Shown one piece after another: positions 36,451-50,170 of a stretch of 64,000 nt of DNA (position 1 is the first letter of the stretch; the number at the start of each line of letters is the position of its first letter). The DNA is from Squalus acanthias. Taxonomy: Eukaryota. The position numbers and the translations under genes were made by a program. Under the pieces are notes generated by a model, which worked only from the letters and a program-made list of their open reading frames with translations, did no database searches and was not told the DNA's origin. The stretch spans positions 14,818,001 through 14,882,000 of the forward strand of contig CM059435.1 of assembly GCA_030390025.1 (NCBI GenBank). Direction: 5' to 3'.

Positions 36451-37134
36451 CATCCGCAGAATTTGGCTTTTGTATAAAAAAGTTAGAGGACAAATTTCAA
36501 ATATGCTCAAATATTAATTAAAATAGGAAATGACTAGGAGACATGGTAAGTACACTTAAACTGATTGAAAACTGTATTGCAGGTAGCGACACCAAGGTAT
36601 GAATAGTAGTTTTAAAATTCAGAACCAGTTTTCTTATTCATTGTTTATCTTTTTATCAAAATTGAGGATCTTTTAATCTCCACCTTCTCTCTCATACCGC
36701 CCTCTACTAGATTTGGGAAGATTTGTATTTGAGTGAATACTAACTTGTTTCTTCCACAACATCTCGCTCAACATTGCTTGAAAAGGATAAGTGTTTGAAT
36801 GTAAAAGGGCAGGGAACTGGGATTACATACTTCCAGTTGAAGAGCTAACACTGGCACAGACACATGTTCCTTAGCTGTAAATATCTAAAATGGTGCACCG
36901 ACGCTTACCCGTGACTTGTCACTTTAGGCATCAAACTCTCAGCCAATCTACTAGTGCAACGCAAAGTGTAATGGCAGCAAATCGGATCTGAGGAGGAAGG
37001 GAACCTGCAAATCAGAAGCAAGGAAGGTGGCAAGAACACTATCAAATAAAGAACTTGTATTTACATAGTACCTTTCACATCCTCAGAACATCTCAAAATA
37101 CTTCACAGCCAAACCTGGGGTTAAAACTAAAAAA

Positions 37135-37425
37135 AGAAAGACTTGCTTTTATAAAGCACCTTTCATGACCTCAGGACGTCCCATAGCGCTTTACAGCCAA
37201 TGAAGTACTGTTGAAGTGTAGTCACTGTTGTAGGAAAGTGGCAGCCAATTTAAACACAGCAAGCTCCCACAAACAACAATGTGATAATGACCAGTTAATC
37301 TGTTTCAGTGATGTTGATTGAGGGATAAATATTGGCCAGGACACCGGGGAGAACTCCCTTGCTCTTCTTCGAAATAGTGCCATAGTCCGAGCAGACAGGG
37401 CCGTGGTTTAATGTCTCGGGTATCC
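37135..37425 (-). mobile_element. DeuSINE 3' part
   Basis: Tail and partial core in reverse orientation; another tail fragment at ~37045-37110. Confidence 0.85.
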
Positions 37426-37586
37426 TTGCTTCTTACTACAAAATTCTGTCTCAGTTGCTTGAGTATTCTCAGCATATGCAGATACTGTTCCTTGGACAAA
37501 TCTAGGTATGTTCACCTTTGCCTATGGAGTTGTTGGAGCATGGAATGCTTTGCCACAGGTAGTAGGGGCAGAGACCACTGCATAGG

Positions 37587-38056
37587 GGTCTGCCGTGGCT
37601 CAGTTGGGAGCACTCTTGCCTCTGAGTCAGAAGGTTGTGGGGTTAAGTCCCACTCCAGAGACTCGAGCACAAAAATCTAGGCGGACACTCCAGTGCCGCA
37701 CTGAGGGAGTGCTGCACTGTCAGAGGTGCTGTCTTTCAGATGAGACGTTAAACCGAAGCCCCGTCTGCTCTCTCTCATGTGGACGTAAAAGATCCCATGG
37801 CACTATTTCAAAGAAAAGCAGCGGAATTATCCCCGGTGTCTTGGCCAATGTTTATCCCTCAATCAACATTATTAAAAAACAGATTATCTGGTCATTATCA
37901 CATTGCTGTTTGTGGGAGTTTGCTGTTTTTAATTTGGGTGCCATGTTTCCGACGTTACAACAGTGACTACACTTCAAAAGTACTTCATTGGCTGTAAAGC
38001 GCTTTGGGACATCCGATGGGCGTGAAAGGCGCTATATAAATGCAAGTCTTTCTTTC
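37587..38056 (+). mobile_element. DeuSINE (SacSINE1-like), full length
   Basis: tRNA head (GTGGCTCAGTTGG..GGTTAAGTCCC), Deu core GAGGTGCTGTCTTTCAGATGAGACGTTAAACCGA..TAAAAGATCCCATGGCACT, tail TGTAAAGCGCTTTGGGA..GAAAGGCGCTATATAAATGCAAG. Confidence 0.92.
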
Positions 38057-38387
38057 ATCTTTTACGAAGAGTAGTTAAATGTTTGAAGCATATAATGATA
38101 CAGGGTTGTGGAGTGAGACGGGACAGTGGGGTTAATTTTGGATTGCTCAAGCAAACAGCCAGCACAGACACTGCAGGCCAAATAGCTGCTATCTATACTG
38201 TAAACTTCAATGGAACTAGTAAACCCCCACATACCTCAATCTGGTCTACGTTGCTTACCACGTTCCTGTGTTTCCGGAGCTTGAAAAATGTAAGATAAAA
38301 ATTAAACAGGCAAAGAAATGGTAATAAAAATACCATGTATTAAAAGTGCAATTTGGCATATTCTGTCATTGTAAATCAGTGATCTTG

Positions 38388-39835
38388 ATCTACATGCTGC
38401 CCCTTGGCAACATCATCTGAAGACATGGGGTCAGCTTCCACATGTATGCTGATGACACCCAGCTGTACGTCTCCAACACCTCTCGACCCCTCCACTGCCT
38501 CTTGTGTAGTCAGACTGCTTGTTCGACATCCACTCTTGAATGAGCTGCAATTTCCTCCAGTTCAACAGTGGGAAGACCAAAGCCGTCACCTTTGGCCCTC
38601 ACCACAAGCTCTGTGCCTTTGTGACCGATCCCATCTCCCTCCCCAGCTACTGTCTTGGGCTGAACATGACTGTTTGCAACCTCGGCATCCTATTTTCCCC
38701 AAGCTGAGCTACCGACCTGATTTCTTCTCCATCACAAAAACTGTCTTCTCCCACCTCTGTAACATGACCCGCCTCCACCCTACCCCAGCCCATTCACTCC
38801 TGGTGTACATCTGTCATCTCCAGAGTTAATTATTTCATTGCTCCCCTGGCCAGCCTCCCAATCTCCACCCTTCGTAATTTCAGCTCATCCAAAACTGCCC
38901 ATATCCTAACCCACTCATCTGTTGCCCCTCCCTGTCCTTGCTGACCTATGTTGGCTCCCTGTCTCCCAACACAATCCAATTTAAAGTTCTCACCCTTATA
39001 TTTAAATCCCTTCATGGCTTTGTCCCTCCCTATCTCTGTAACTTCCTACAACCTAGTGCAACGAAGGTTCACTAGATTGATTCCTGGGATGAGAGGGCTG
39101 CCCTATGATGAGAGATTGTGTAGAATGGGCCTATACTCTCTGGAGTTTAGAAGAATGAGAGGTGATCTCATTGAAACATACAAGATTCTGAAGGGGATTG
39201 ACGGTAGATGCTGAGAGGTTGTTTCCTCTGGCTGGAGTGTCTAGAACTAGGGGGCATAGTCTCAGGATAAGTGGTCAGCCAATTAAGAATGAGATACGGA
39301 GGAATTTCTTCACTCAGAGGGTTGTGAATCTTTGGAATTCTCTGCCCCAGAGGGCTGTGGATGCTGAGTCTTTGAGTATATTCAAGGCTGAGATAGATAG
39401 ATTTTTGGACTCTAGGAGAATCAAGGGATATGGGGATCGGGCGGGAAAGTGGAGTTGAGGTCGATGATCAGCCATGATCTTATTGAATGGCCTACTCCTG
39501 TTCTTATTTCTTATGTTCTAACCCTCCCACTCCTGAACTCTTCATTCCTTTGCCTCTGGCTTTTTTGTGCAGCGCACCTCCCTTCACCCACCATTGGTGA
39601 CCGTGCCGTCATCCACCTAGGCCCCGTGCTCTGGAATTCCCTGCCTTAGCCTTTCTGCCTCTCCACCTCCCTCTCCTCCTCGAAGACTCTCCTTAAAACC
39701 CACCTAATTTTTGTTCACTCCTAATATCACCTTCTTTGGCTCAGCGTCCATTTATTTCTGATTATGCCACTGATACGGCTTTGGCCATTTTTCTATGTTA
39801 AAGGTGCTTTATAAAAGTAAATTGTCATTATTGTT
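38388..39835 (+). mobile_element. Degraded L2 LINE (RT to 3' end) with a nested CR1
   Basis: IYMLPLG..FHMYADDTQLY motif near 38390-38470; L2 tail near 39790-39835. Confidence 0.85.
39055..39519 (+). mobile_element. CR1 3' fragment inserted into the L2
   Basis: VQRRFTRLIPGMRGL..MRGDLIETYKIL..RTRGHSLRI; closely similar to the 8460-9140 copy. Confidence 0.92.
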
Positions 39836-40639
39836 TTTGTTTTTGGAAGTAATAGTGGGGAGTACCCGAGGGTGCAAATGAGGATGTGGAAGCATTGGTG
39901 GAGGAGTTTAATGGGTGAGAACTTGGCTGCATATAATGAAACCGGAATGGAGATGATTGGTTAATTCCCCCTGTCAATCATGTCTGGAGACCGCACTGCT
40001 GTAAGTGACCGGGATTGATTTTATGCGCATAATTTGTGTGTAACTATCCTCCACTCACTGCATTGTGCTGGAGAAATAATCAATTTGCATTATGTAACTA
40101 TCCGCCACTCTGTATTTTGATGGTGAAATAACCTTGCTTCTTTATTGGGATACTTTGCTGTAGTTTCGGTCATGAGCCCTGTTTGCTGTAGTTTGTAGAG
40201 ACTCTTTTTTAAATAGATTCTGTTTGCTGGGTAAATAGACTTTGCTGTAAAATAGACTGTTTGCTGTAAGCCCCGCCCCACCTCCAACTCATTGGCTCAC
40301 ACAGTAGAGTCAATAGACACAGTGTGAGAACATAGTAGGGGGTTGGGAACTTATCATTTGAAAAGAGCCGACTGTATTTTGGGTATCTGGGTACCATACC
40401 CCCATAAGGCTGTTAGACCCTGCTCCCCTCAATACTACCTACTGCCCCCAATGCTTCAAACCCCCCTCTCAGTCATTTGGGATCCCAGGACCCTCCCTTT
40501 CCAGTCTTCCCCACCCCAGTCCCAGATCCCAGGAACCCCTCTCAGCTCTCTTAGACTGCATTCCCAGTACTCCCTAATCCCAGAACTGCCCTAATGCTTC
40601 CAGACCCTGAGACCTTCCTCTCCAATGCTCCCAGACCCT

Positions 40640-41385
40640 ACAACAACAGCAACTTATATTTATATAGCACCTTTAACGTAATAAAACATCCCAAGGTGCT
40701 TCACAGGAGCATTAAAAAAAAAAAAAATTGGACACTGAGCCATATAAGGGGATGTTATGGCAGATGACCGAAAGCTTGGTCGAAGAGGTAGGTTTTAAGG
40801 AGCGTCTTAAAGGAGGAAAGAGAGGTGGAGAGGTTTAGGGAGGGAATTCCAGAGCTTAGAGTCTAGGCAGCTGAAGGCACGGCCGCCAATGATGGAGCAA
40901 TTAAAATCGGGGATGTTCAAAAGGCCAGAATAGGCAGAGCACAGAGATCTCAGGGAATTAATGGGCTGGAGGAGACTACAGAGATAAGGAGGGGCGAGGC
41001 CATGGAGGGATTTGAAAAGAAGGATGAGAATTTTTAAATGAAGGCATTGCTTAACTGGGAGCCAATGTAGGTCAGCGAGCACAGGGGAGATGGGCGAACG
41101 GGACTTGGTGCGAGTTAGGACACAGGCGGCAGAGTTTTGGATGACCTCAGGTTTATGGAGGGTAGAACTAAGGAGGCCAGCCAGGAGTGCATTGGAATAG
41201 TCAAGTCTAGCGGTAACAAAGGCATGGATGAGGGTTTCGGCAGCAGATAAGCTGCGGCAAGGGCGGAGACGGGTGATGTTACGGAGGTGGAAACAGACGG
41301 TCTTAGTGATGGAACGGATATGAGATAGGAAACTCAATTCGTGATCAAATATGACAACAAGGTTGCAAACAGACTTGGTCAGCCT
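40640..41385 (-). mobile_element. L2 LINE 3' fragment
   Basis: ORF 40807-41337: LIHAFVTARLDYSNALL..LHWLPVKQ..LWNSLP. Confidence 0.92.
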
Positions 41386-42059
41386 AGAACCTACAACCTA
41401 GAACCTTTCTCACCAGTGTTTCTGGGAAATCGGGACACTGTCCGCAGCCCTCCACCCCCCACCTCCACACTTGCCAAGGACTCCCAATCCCTGGAACTTC
41501 CAATCACGATTTTACTCGAACTTGTATTTGCTGATGTACTATGTGCTTTAAGCAATTAGGAGCCAGGCTCAAAAATAATGCTGGATAGCTGGTTTTCGGA
41601 CTGCTTTAAAACTTCTGAGAGAGATGAAGACTGGCAACAACCATTTTCCTGTTGAAAATACAGCAAGATCCTGGTCAACCTTGCCAGATTCCAGCCACCC
41701 ATAGTTCCAGATCCTAGCCACCTCACAGCAGTCCCACAGCCAGGGACCCCTTACTCCGCCGCTCCCAAACTCCACTCTCTGCCTCCCATTACTTCCAAAC
41801 TCCCAAGGCAGTGCTCCCAGACCTTGACACACACTGCCGCTACTCTCATATTCCACAGAATATAAACCGTAAGTTCCACAATAACTGAAAGCTTTTCTGG
41901 TAAAGTTTTCACAAAGACGAGGGTTAATTATGGATAGCTGTGCTATTTTTATGCTTTCAGATCAAAATCATTCTAATTAGTACAGCTTGCAGGTAAGTGG
42001 AACAAAGTAAGAGAATTTTGGGAACTTTTATTTGGAATAAATATAAAGAAAAGAAAAAG

Positions 42060-42450
42060 AAAGAAAGACTTGCATTTATATAGCGCCTTTCACGACCTCA
42101 GGTTGTCCCAAAGTGCATTACAGCCAATGATGCACTTTTGAAGTGTAGTCACTGTTGTTGGAAACGCGGCAGCCAATTTGCGCACAGCAAGCTCCCACAA
42201 ACAGCAATGTGATAATGACCAGATAATCTGTTTGAGTGATGTTGATTGAGGGATAAATATTGGCCAGGACATCGGGGAGAACGCGCCTGCTCTTCTTCGA
42301 AATAGTGCCATAGGATCTTTTACGTCCACCTGAGAGAGCAGACGGGGCCTCGGTTTATCGTCTCATCCAAAGGACTGTAGCACCTCCAACAGTGCAGGAC
42401 TCCCTCAGTGTTGCACTGGGATGTCAGCCTAGATTTCTGTGCTCAAGTGA
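42060..42450 (-). mobile_element. DeuSINE, head-truncated
   Basis: Deu core and tail in reverse orientation. Confidence 0.9.
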
Positions 42451-42544
42451 TAAAAGAATATTATCAACTCTTGCAATAGTACTGCCAAACTTCGGATCCC
42501 CATTCCAGTTCAGCCAAACCCAAAGACCACCCTCCTTTTACTGC

Positions 42545-45010
42545 TACCAGCGCAGAGAATTCCACAAATTTACCACCCTCTGAGAGAAGAAGTTCCTCCT
42601 CATCTCAGTTCTAAAAGGGCGACCCTTTATTCTGAGACTGTGCCCCCGAGTTCTAGATTTCCCCATGAGGGGAAACATCCTCTCTCCATCTACCCTGTCG
42701 AGCCCCCTCAGTATCTTATATGTTTCGATAAGATCACCTCCCATTCTTCTAAATTCCAATGAGTATAGGCCCAGCCTGCTCAACCTTTCCTCATAAGTCA
42801 AACCTCTCATCTCTGGAATTAACCTAGTGAATCGTCTCTGAACTGCCTCCAATGCAAGTATATCCTTCCTTAAATAAGGAGACCAAAACTGTATGCAGTA
42901 CTCAAGGTGTGGTCTCACCAATACCTTGTACAGTTGTAGCAGGACTTCCCTGATTTTATACTCCAATCCCCTTGAAATAAAGGCCAACATTCCATTTGCC
43001 TTTTTGATTACTTGCTGTACCTGCATGCTAACTTTTTGTGTTTCATGCACAAGGACCCCCAGGTCCCTCTGAACTGTAGCATTTTTAAATCTCTCTCCAT
43101 TTAAATAATAGTTTGCTTTTTTATTTTTCCTGCCAAAGTGGATAACCTTGCACTTTCCTACATTATACTCCATCTGCCAAATGTTTGCCCACTCACCTAG
43201 CCTGTTTATATCCCTTTGCAGATTCTTTGAGTCCTCTGCACAACTTGCTTTCCCACCCATCTTTGTATCATCCGCAAACTTGGCTACATTACACTCGGTC
43301 CCTTCATCCAAGTCATTAATGTAGATTGTAAATAGTTGGGGCCCCAGCACCGATCCTTGTGGCACCCCACTAGTTACCGTTTGCCAACCACAAAATTACC
43401 CATTTATCCCGACTCTCTGCTTTCTGTTAGTTAGCCAATTCTCTATCCATGCTAATGTATTTCCCCCAACTCCATGAGCTCTTATCTTATGCAGTAACCT
43501 TTTATGTGGCACCTTATCGAATGCCTTCTGGAAATCCAAATACACCACATCCACTGGCTCACCCTTGTCCACCCTGCTTGTTACATCCTCAAAGAACTCC
43601 AGCAAATTTGTTAAACGTGATTTCCCTTTCCTAAAACCATGCTGACTCTGTTTGACTGCAGTATGTTTTTCTAAATGCCCTGCTATTGCTTCCTTAATGA
43701 AGGACTCCAGCATTTTCCCAACGACAGATGTTAGGTTAACTGGTCTATAGTTTCCTGCTTTCTGTCTCCCTCCTTTTTTAAATAGGGGTGTTACATTAAC
43801 GGTTTTCCAATCCGCTGGGACCTCTCCAGAGTCCAGGAAATGTTGGTATATTGCAATCAATGCATCCACTATCACTGCAGCCACTTCTTTTAAGACCCTG
43901 GGATGCAGGCCATCTGGTCCAGGGGACTTGTCGTCTTTTAATCCCATTATTTTACTGAGCACTATTTCCTTAGTGATAGTGATTGTCTTTAGTTCCCCAC
44001 TCCCTGTGGCCCCTTGATTATCCATTATTGGGATGTTGTTAGTGTCTTCTACAATGAAGACAGATGCAAAATATTTGTTCAGAGTCTCTGCCATTCCCCC
44101 ATTCCCCATTATTAATTCCTCAGTCTTATCCTCTAAGGGACCAACGTTTACTTTAGCTACCCTCTTCCTTTTTATATACCTGTAGAAGCTCTTACTATCT
44201 GTTTTAATGTTTCTTGCCAGCTTACTCTCATAATTCATCTTCTCTCTCTATTATTTTTTTAGTCATCCTTTGCTGGTTTTTAAAATTTCCCAATCCTCTG
44301 GTCTCCCACCAATCTTGGCAACATTGTATGCCTTCGTTTTCAATTTGATACCATCCTCTACTTCCTTAGTTAGCCATGGATGGTGCTCCCTTCTCTTAAA
44401 ATCGTTCTTTCTCACTGGAATATATTTTTGTTGAGAATTATGAAATATCTCCTTAAATGTCCGCCACTGCATTTCAATTGTCTTACCTTTTAATTTGTTT
44501 TTCCAGTCCACTTTAGCCAGTTCTGCCCTCATGCCATTATAATTGCCTTTGTTTAAGATCAGGACACTGGTTTGGGATACAACTTTCTCACTCTCCAACT
44601 GAATTTGAAATTCAACCATGCTATGATCACTCTTTCCTAGAGGATCCTTTACTATGAGATCATTTATTAATTCTGTCTCATTACATAGTACCAGATCCAA
44701 GATAGCCTGCTCCCTGGTTGGTTCCATTACATACTGTTCTAGGAAAACATCCCGGATGCACTCTATGAACTCCTCCTCCAGGCTACCATGGCCAATTTGA
44801 TTTGTCCAATCAATATGGAGATTAAAGTCACCCATGATTATTACCGTACCTTTTTTACAGGCCTCCATTATTTGTTGATTTATACTCTGTCCAACAGCAT
44901 TGCTACTGTTTGGGGGCCTGTAGACTATGCCCACCAGAGACTTTTTCCCCTTATTATTTTTTATCTCCACCCAAACCGATTCTACATCTTGATCTTCTGA
45001 GCCAATATTG
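42545..45010 (-). mobile_element. CR1 LINE ORF2 (APE endonuclease and RT), disrupted, lacking 3'UTR
   Basis: ORFs 44263-44970 (VYRPP, GDFN, LDLVL, SDH), 43396-44238 and 42544-43365 (PQGS, FADD). Confidence 0.95.
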
Positions 45011-45387
45011 AAGGTATGTACAGGTAATGCACAGTGCGTATGTGCTCATGATTTCTACAGTGTAGTAAACATTTCCTGTCGTGACTGATGTCTATACACT
45101 TCCCTAACTCCTTATTGCTCAACCCATTAACATTTAGACTGTCAGCCCCAGGCAGTGACAGCTTTGGCTTTGACCCAAAAGTAGAAAATTGCATTATGAC
45201 CCAGAACAATATGTTAGGGGAGACGTGAAGAGTGAAGCATGGCTGCTTCCTCTAGAGGTTGTCCACTCTGTGCGGACTCGTTCATAACTCAAAATGTGAT
45301 TCGTCATTGACTCCCACCACCCTTAGCTTACTTGACACTGATGAGCAGAGGGCAATTACCTTGCCTCTGTACCTTTTATTACTGGGG

Positions 45388-45520
45388 TCATAGAATCATA
45401 GAATAGTAAAGCACAGAAAGAGGCCTTTCGGCCCATTGAGTCTGCGTCGGCTCTTTCGAAGAGCAATCCAGTTAGTCCCACTCCCCCGCATCCCTGCAAT
45501 TTCTTCTCCTTCAAGTATTT
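45388..45520 (-). mobile_element. CR1 3' tail fragment
   Basis: tcatagaatcatagaat..ggcctttcggcccat..gttagtcccactcc, reverse of 29100-29225. Confidence 0.7.
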
Positions 45521-45597
45521 TTAAGGGTTCTTTTTAAGGGGCGAGCAGATGGATCAGCAGTTTCTCCAGTGAGTAGCTGAGTTGGACAGTCCAGGAA

Positions 45598-46070
45598 GAA
45601 AGAAAGACTTGCAATTTATACAGCACCTTTCACAACCTCAGGACGTCCCAAAGCACTTTATAGCCAATGAATTACTTTTGAAGTGTATTCACTGTTGTAA
45701 TGTGGGAAACGCGGCAGCCAATTTGCACACAGCAAGCTCCCACAAACAGCAATGTGATAATGACCAGATAATCTGTTTTTTTTTTGTGATGTTGATTGAG
45801 GGATAAATATTAGCCAGGGCACCGGGGATAGCTCCCCTGCTCTTCTTCGAAATAGTGCCATGGGATCTTTTACATCCAGCTGAAAGAGAGCAGACAGGGC
45901 CTCAGTTTAACGTCTCATCCGAAAGACGGCACCTCTGACAATGCAGCACTCCCTCAGCACTGCACTGGAGTGTCAGCCTAGATTTCTGTGCTCAGGTCTC
46001 TGACATGGGACTTGAACCCACAACCGTCTGACTCAGAGGCGAGAGTGCTACCAACTGAGCCACGGATGAC
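45598..46070 (-). mobile_element. DeuSINE, full length
   Basis: Head, core and tail all present in reverse orientation. Confidence 0.92.
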
Positions 46071-46395
46071 TCCAGGTTCTGTTGAATTGGCTGACTTTAG
46101 CCAGAATGATGGTAGAGTTGACACAATAACTGGCCTTGATGCTCCTGGGAAGCGAAATGTCAGCCAGGATTCCTGCTCCTGTTCACTATCCAGTAACTCT
46201 TGCTGGATGCATGCATGTATACAAATTGAATGTGGGCAGGATTGTGCTTGCCTGCAACATTCAAAAAGCTTGTCAATGCTCATTATCTAGTCTCACATAT
46301 AATCACTTCGGTGAGGTACAGGTGACTGGCATCATGGAACCATATGACAGGAAGGAGTCAATGCCTTCAGGAGAGGAGGAGGAACTGGGGAGATA
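46070..46395 (+). mobile_element. Old SINE-like repeat (family of 2425-2780)
   Basis: cagccaggattcctgctcctg..ctatccagt..gtcaatgccttcaggagaggagg. Confidence 0.65.
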
Positions 46396-47104
46396 AGTGA
46401 TAGAGAAACTATTATAAATCTTAGTAATGCATTCACTTTCTCAGAGGCTGCTAAATGATTTGAGACTTGGCTAATTGCTCTGAAACCGTCAGACAAAATA
46501 TATCCCCACGGCAAGCCGTGACTGCAGCTCTGGTTACCAAGTCAAATTTAGTTTTGTGTAAGGACTTCCTGCCACTTCAATCTGTCTGCTGCAGTTGAGA
46601 TGAGCAACCTTCCCTCCCCAAAAATAGTGTTTTGTTAGATATCCTCCGAGGTCCGAAGCAAATTTTGTGGAGATACAATTAGGGAGGGGGTGACGACCTG
46701 CCCTGGTGTTCAGCATTGGTCATGCACATAGAATAACATGGCCCATACCACAATGTTATAAGTATCTTGACTATCAGCTACCTCACAGCAAAGCAGTAGA
46801 CTGCCTGAATAATCACTGACCTGCACTACCCTGCAGTGATCCCTTCCCCATCTATCCCATACTCCAGTCTGGAATGGGTCTAGTTTTTGCCTTTAGGGCC
46901 CCTGGTACAGAGCTTGATGCGCCAGGAGTAAATGTTGGGAAAATATGGGGGATGGGGGTGGGGGTGGAGGTGGAACCCTGCACCTGATTGCTAAAGCTGA
47001 AAACTACATCCAATAAGTGCTTCCTAAATAACATAGTAGAGATCATATTGTGTGAACATATTTGTTTCATATATTCGTGCTAAACTATAGCCCGTTAACA
47101 AAGA

Positions 47105-47520
47105 TATTGTGGGTTCAAGTCCCACTCCGGAGACTTGAGCATAAAAATCTAGGCTGACACTCCAGCGCAGTACTGAGAGAGTGCTGCACTGTCGGAGGTG
47201 CCGTCTTTCAGATGAGACGTTAAACCGAGGCCCCGTCTGCCCTCTCAGGTGGACGTAAAAGATCCCATGGCACTATTTCGAAGAACAGCAGGGGAGTTCT
47301 CCCCGGTGTCAATATTTATCCCTCAATCAACATCACTAAAAACAGATTATCTGCTCATTATCACATTGCTGTTTGTGGGAGATTGCTGTGTGCAATTTGG
47401 CTGGAGCGTTTCCTGCATTACAACAGTGACTACACTTCAAAAGTACTTCATTGGCTGTAAAGCGCTTTGGGACGTCCGGTGGTCATGAAAGGCGCTATAT
47501 AAATGCAAGTCTTTCTTTTA
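47105..47520 (+). mobile_element. DeuSINE
   Basis: B-box GGTTCAAGTCCC, Deu core and tail. Confidence 0.9.
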
Positions 47521-48639
47521 TATGTGCATGCAGCATTTAATGTGCCGCTGAAGGCACTAGATCTGGTACGTGTATGGAGATTGGTCCTGGAGAGAAGTTA
47601 AGAATTTGTTTTTACGTCACTTTCTTGATCACTGAGTAAGTAGATATCAGGAAGGGAATTCTGCCCTCATTAAGTTATTCTTTTACTACCTTTTGGATCA
47701 AAGGTTGGTAATGGTATATAGCACTGGATATGACATGGTGGATGTTCCATTGCAACACTATTTGGTGACCTTCAAGCAACTGAGCAAAGATTTGCAATGA
47801 GGTGCTCAACAGTACACATTCATTGCTACAAATGTGGTTGGCCTGCTGTCTCTGGAGGAGGAAACTGCAGTGAGTTGGACTGCCTGCGCTCCCTGGCAAT
47901 AAAACCCCAGGTGAGGGAGGCTATACTGAGCCCTGGGTAGGACCTTCTTGTTTCTCCCAGGTGAGGGATGAGCCTACGTTTGTACTGCCCTGCCTTCCAG
48001 GTGAAAGGTGGATCTAGTAAGATGAGTCAATCGCAATGGTAAAATGAACAGAGATGCATCTGTTTTCCAGCATCTTTCGTCCTTAAATGGAATGTAACAC
48101 AAAATTAGTCTCAAAACCTTAACTTAAATGTTTCCATGTTTAGGTACAGAGTTTGCCACATGCATTTGAAATACAGGTGAGGTGTAACAAACGAAAATAA
48201 TTGACGTGCGACGACAATATAGTTGAAAAATACAATGAAGTTTGCTGTTTAAGGAAATTATTCCTGACTTGCTTTTTAAAATAATGTAATACAATATTAA
48301 GTGGCCATAGGTGTTAGTTTCAATTAATCTTCATTTTGGCACTAGGACAGACAGTGATTAATGTCGAAACTATCACAAGTTGCTACATGAGGTGATTTGT
48401 TGCTATTTGTGCAGTGCAGAATTTAACTAACTTGAGAAGTGAAACCTGACTAATACCAAGGATGTTGAGACAGTATTTGGGGTGAGTTTCAGGTTAATTT
48501 CAAGGAGGCAATGATTTATCTTCTTGCTTCAATATTGATTTCAAAAATTGTAGTGGTGCTGTAAAGTACTACACCACAGTATAGGATTATGTCCACACTG
48601 CCCGAGTAAGGAGTTCCTAATATCTGTTATGTCCACAAT

Positions 48640-49209
48640 GGGGGTGAAGTTCTTCTCGGGTGGTAGCGCAAAAGTGGCAATAGCAAATCAGCAGCACGTT
48701 TTACATTCTGCCCGATTTCCTCTTCCAAAAGTGTCATTTAAAACACTCATCCTAGTTTTCAAATCCCTCCATAGCCTTGCTCCACCCTCAACCTCTGCAA
48801 ACTTCTTCAACCTTACATCCCTTTCCACATCGTTCGATTTTCTAGCTCTGTTCTTTTATGCATCTACCCGATGGGCCGAATGGCCTCCTTCTGTGCCATT
48901 GTGACTCTATGACTCGACCCATCCTTTCAACCCACCATTGGTGACAGCCTTCAGTTGTCTCGGTCCCTCTCTCTCTCGAGCTCGAGCTCGCTCCTTAAGC
49001 GCACCCACCCCTCTATTGCCTTAAAAACGTGCTTAAAACTCGTCTATTTGACCATGGAATGAAGCTGCCAAGCAGAGGCCAGCCCCTTGTAGAAAGAAAA
49101 AGTCAGAAGATATGAGGGGGCAAAGTCAATAAAGTCAATGGGGTGTAAAACGAGCTGTCGACTAGCTATCGCCCAGTTTGTGCTACCACTCAAGACCAAT
49201 TTCACCCCC
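48640..49209. mobile_element. Harbinger-like MITE carrying captured L2 sequence
   Basis: ~65-bp imperfect TIRs GGGGGTGAAGTT..GTGGTAGCGCAAA / TTTGTGCTACCAC..AATTTCACCCCC; flanks AAT and ATT. Confidence 0.7.
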
Positions 49210-49384
49210 ATTTATCCTGCATTACTCTTGTGTACTACCTAGTTGTGGTCCGAGTCACATTGGCAGAGGTTCTGGATTCATACCCTTCATCTCAGCTGGA
49301 GTATTGTGAATTCCCTGAGGAGACCTAAAGAGAAGGAATAAAGTGAAAACAAATTTTTAAATGATTTGCAATAAGCTATAAGCT

Positions 49385-50170
49385 CACATTTATATAGAAC
49401 CTTTAATGCATAATATATCCCAACGTGCTTTACAGAAGGAAGAACAAATAATAAAAGGAAGGGATGTCAAACTATAGAGGAGAGACTACGGTTGGCGACA
49501 GAAGGCATGGTCAAATAGATGGGTTTTAAGAAAGTTTTTAAGGAAATAGAGAAGCGGGGGCGCTTGAGGAGCGAGCTCGAGAGAGAGAGAGAGAGAGAGT
49601 AAGAGAGAGATAGAGTGGGACCAAGACAACTGAACGCTGCCACCAATGGTGGGTTGAAAGGATGGGTAGATGCATAAAAAGCCCAGACCGAAGGATGTGG
49701 GAAGGGATATAAGGTTGAAGGAGTTTGCAGAGGTTGGGCTGGAGCAAGGCTATGGAGGGATTTAAAAACTAGGAAGAGTGTTTTAAACTGAATGTGTTAG
49801 GGAGCAAGGAGTCAGTGTTGGACAGCGACGATGGGGGTGAAGGCAAGTGAGATTTGGTGGATGAAAGCACACAGGTAGTTGAGTTTTGGAAAAGTTGGAG
49901 CTTATGGGAGGCCATCAAAGAGGACATTAGGAGAAACTGAGTCTGGAGGTGGCAAAGGCGTGAATGCGAGTTTCAGTGACGGGCAATGTTGTGGACGTGA
50001 AAGTGAATGGTATTGGACAGGATGTGGGGGGTTTGAAGCTCCACTCTGGGTTGAGGAGAAGCCTGAGGTTTCTCACAGTCTGCTTCATTCTGAGCAAGTA
50101 GCTAGGGAGAAGAATGAAGTTTGTGGCAAAAGAGCAAAGTCTACGGCAAGGACCGAAGATAATGGCAATG
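49385..50170 (-). mobile_element. Old degraded L2 3' fragment
   Basis: Collinear with L2 copies at 3701 and 40640 (ggctatggagggatttaaaaac..ttttaaa). Confidence 0.75.

Noticed and set aside
37595-37660. tRNA-like A and B boxes
   Set aside because: SINE heads, not complete cloverleaf tRNA genes
40340-41830. C-rich CCCAG/CCCAA stretches flanking the L2
   Set aside because: Degenerate low-complexity sequence with no clear period or coding signal
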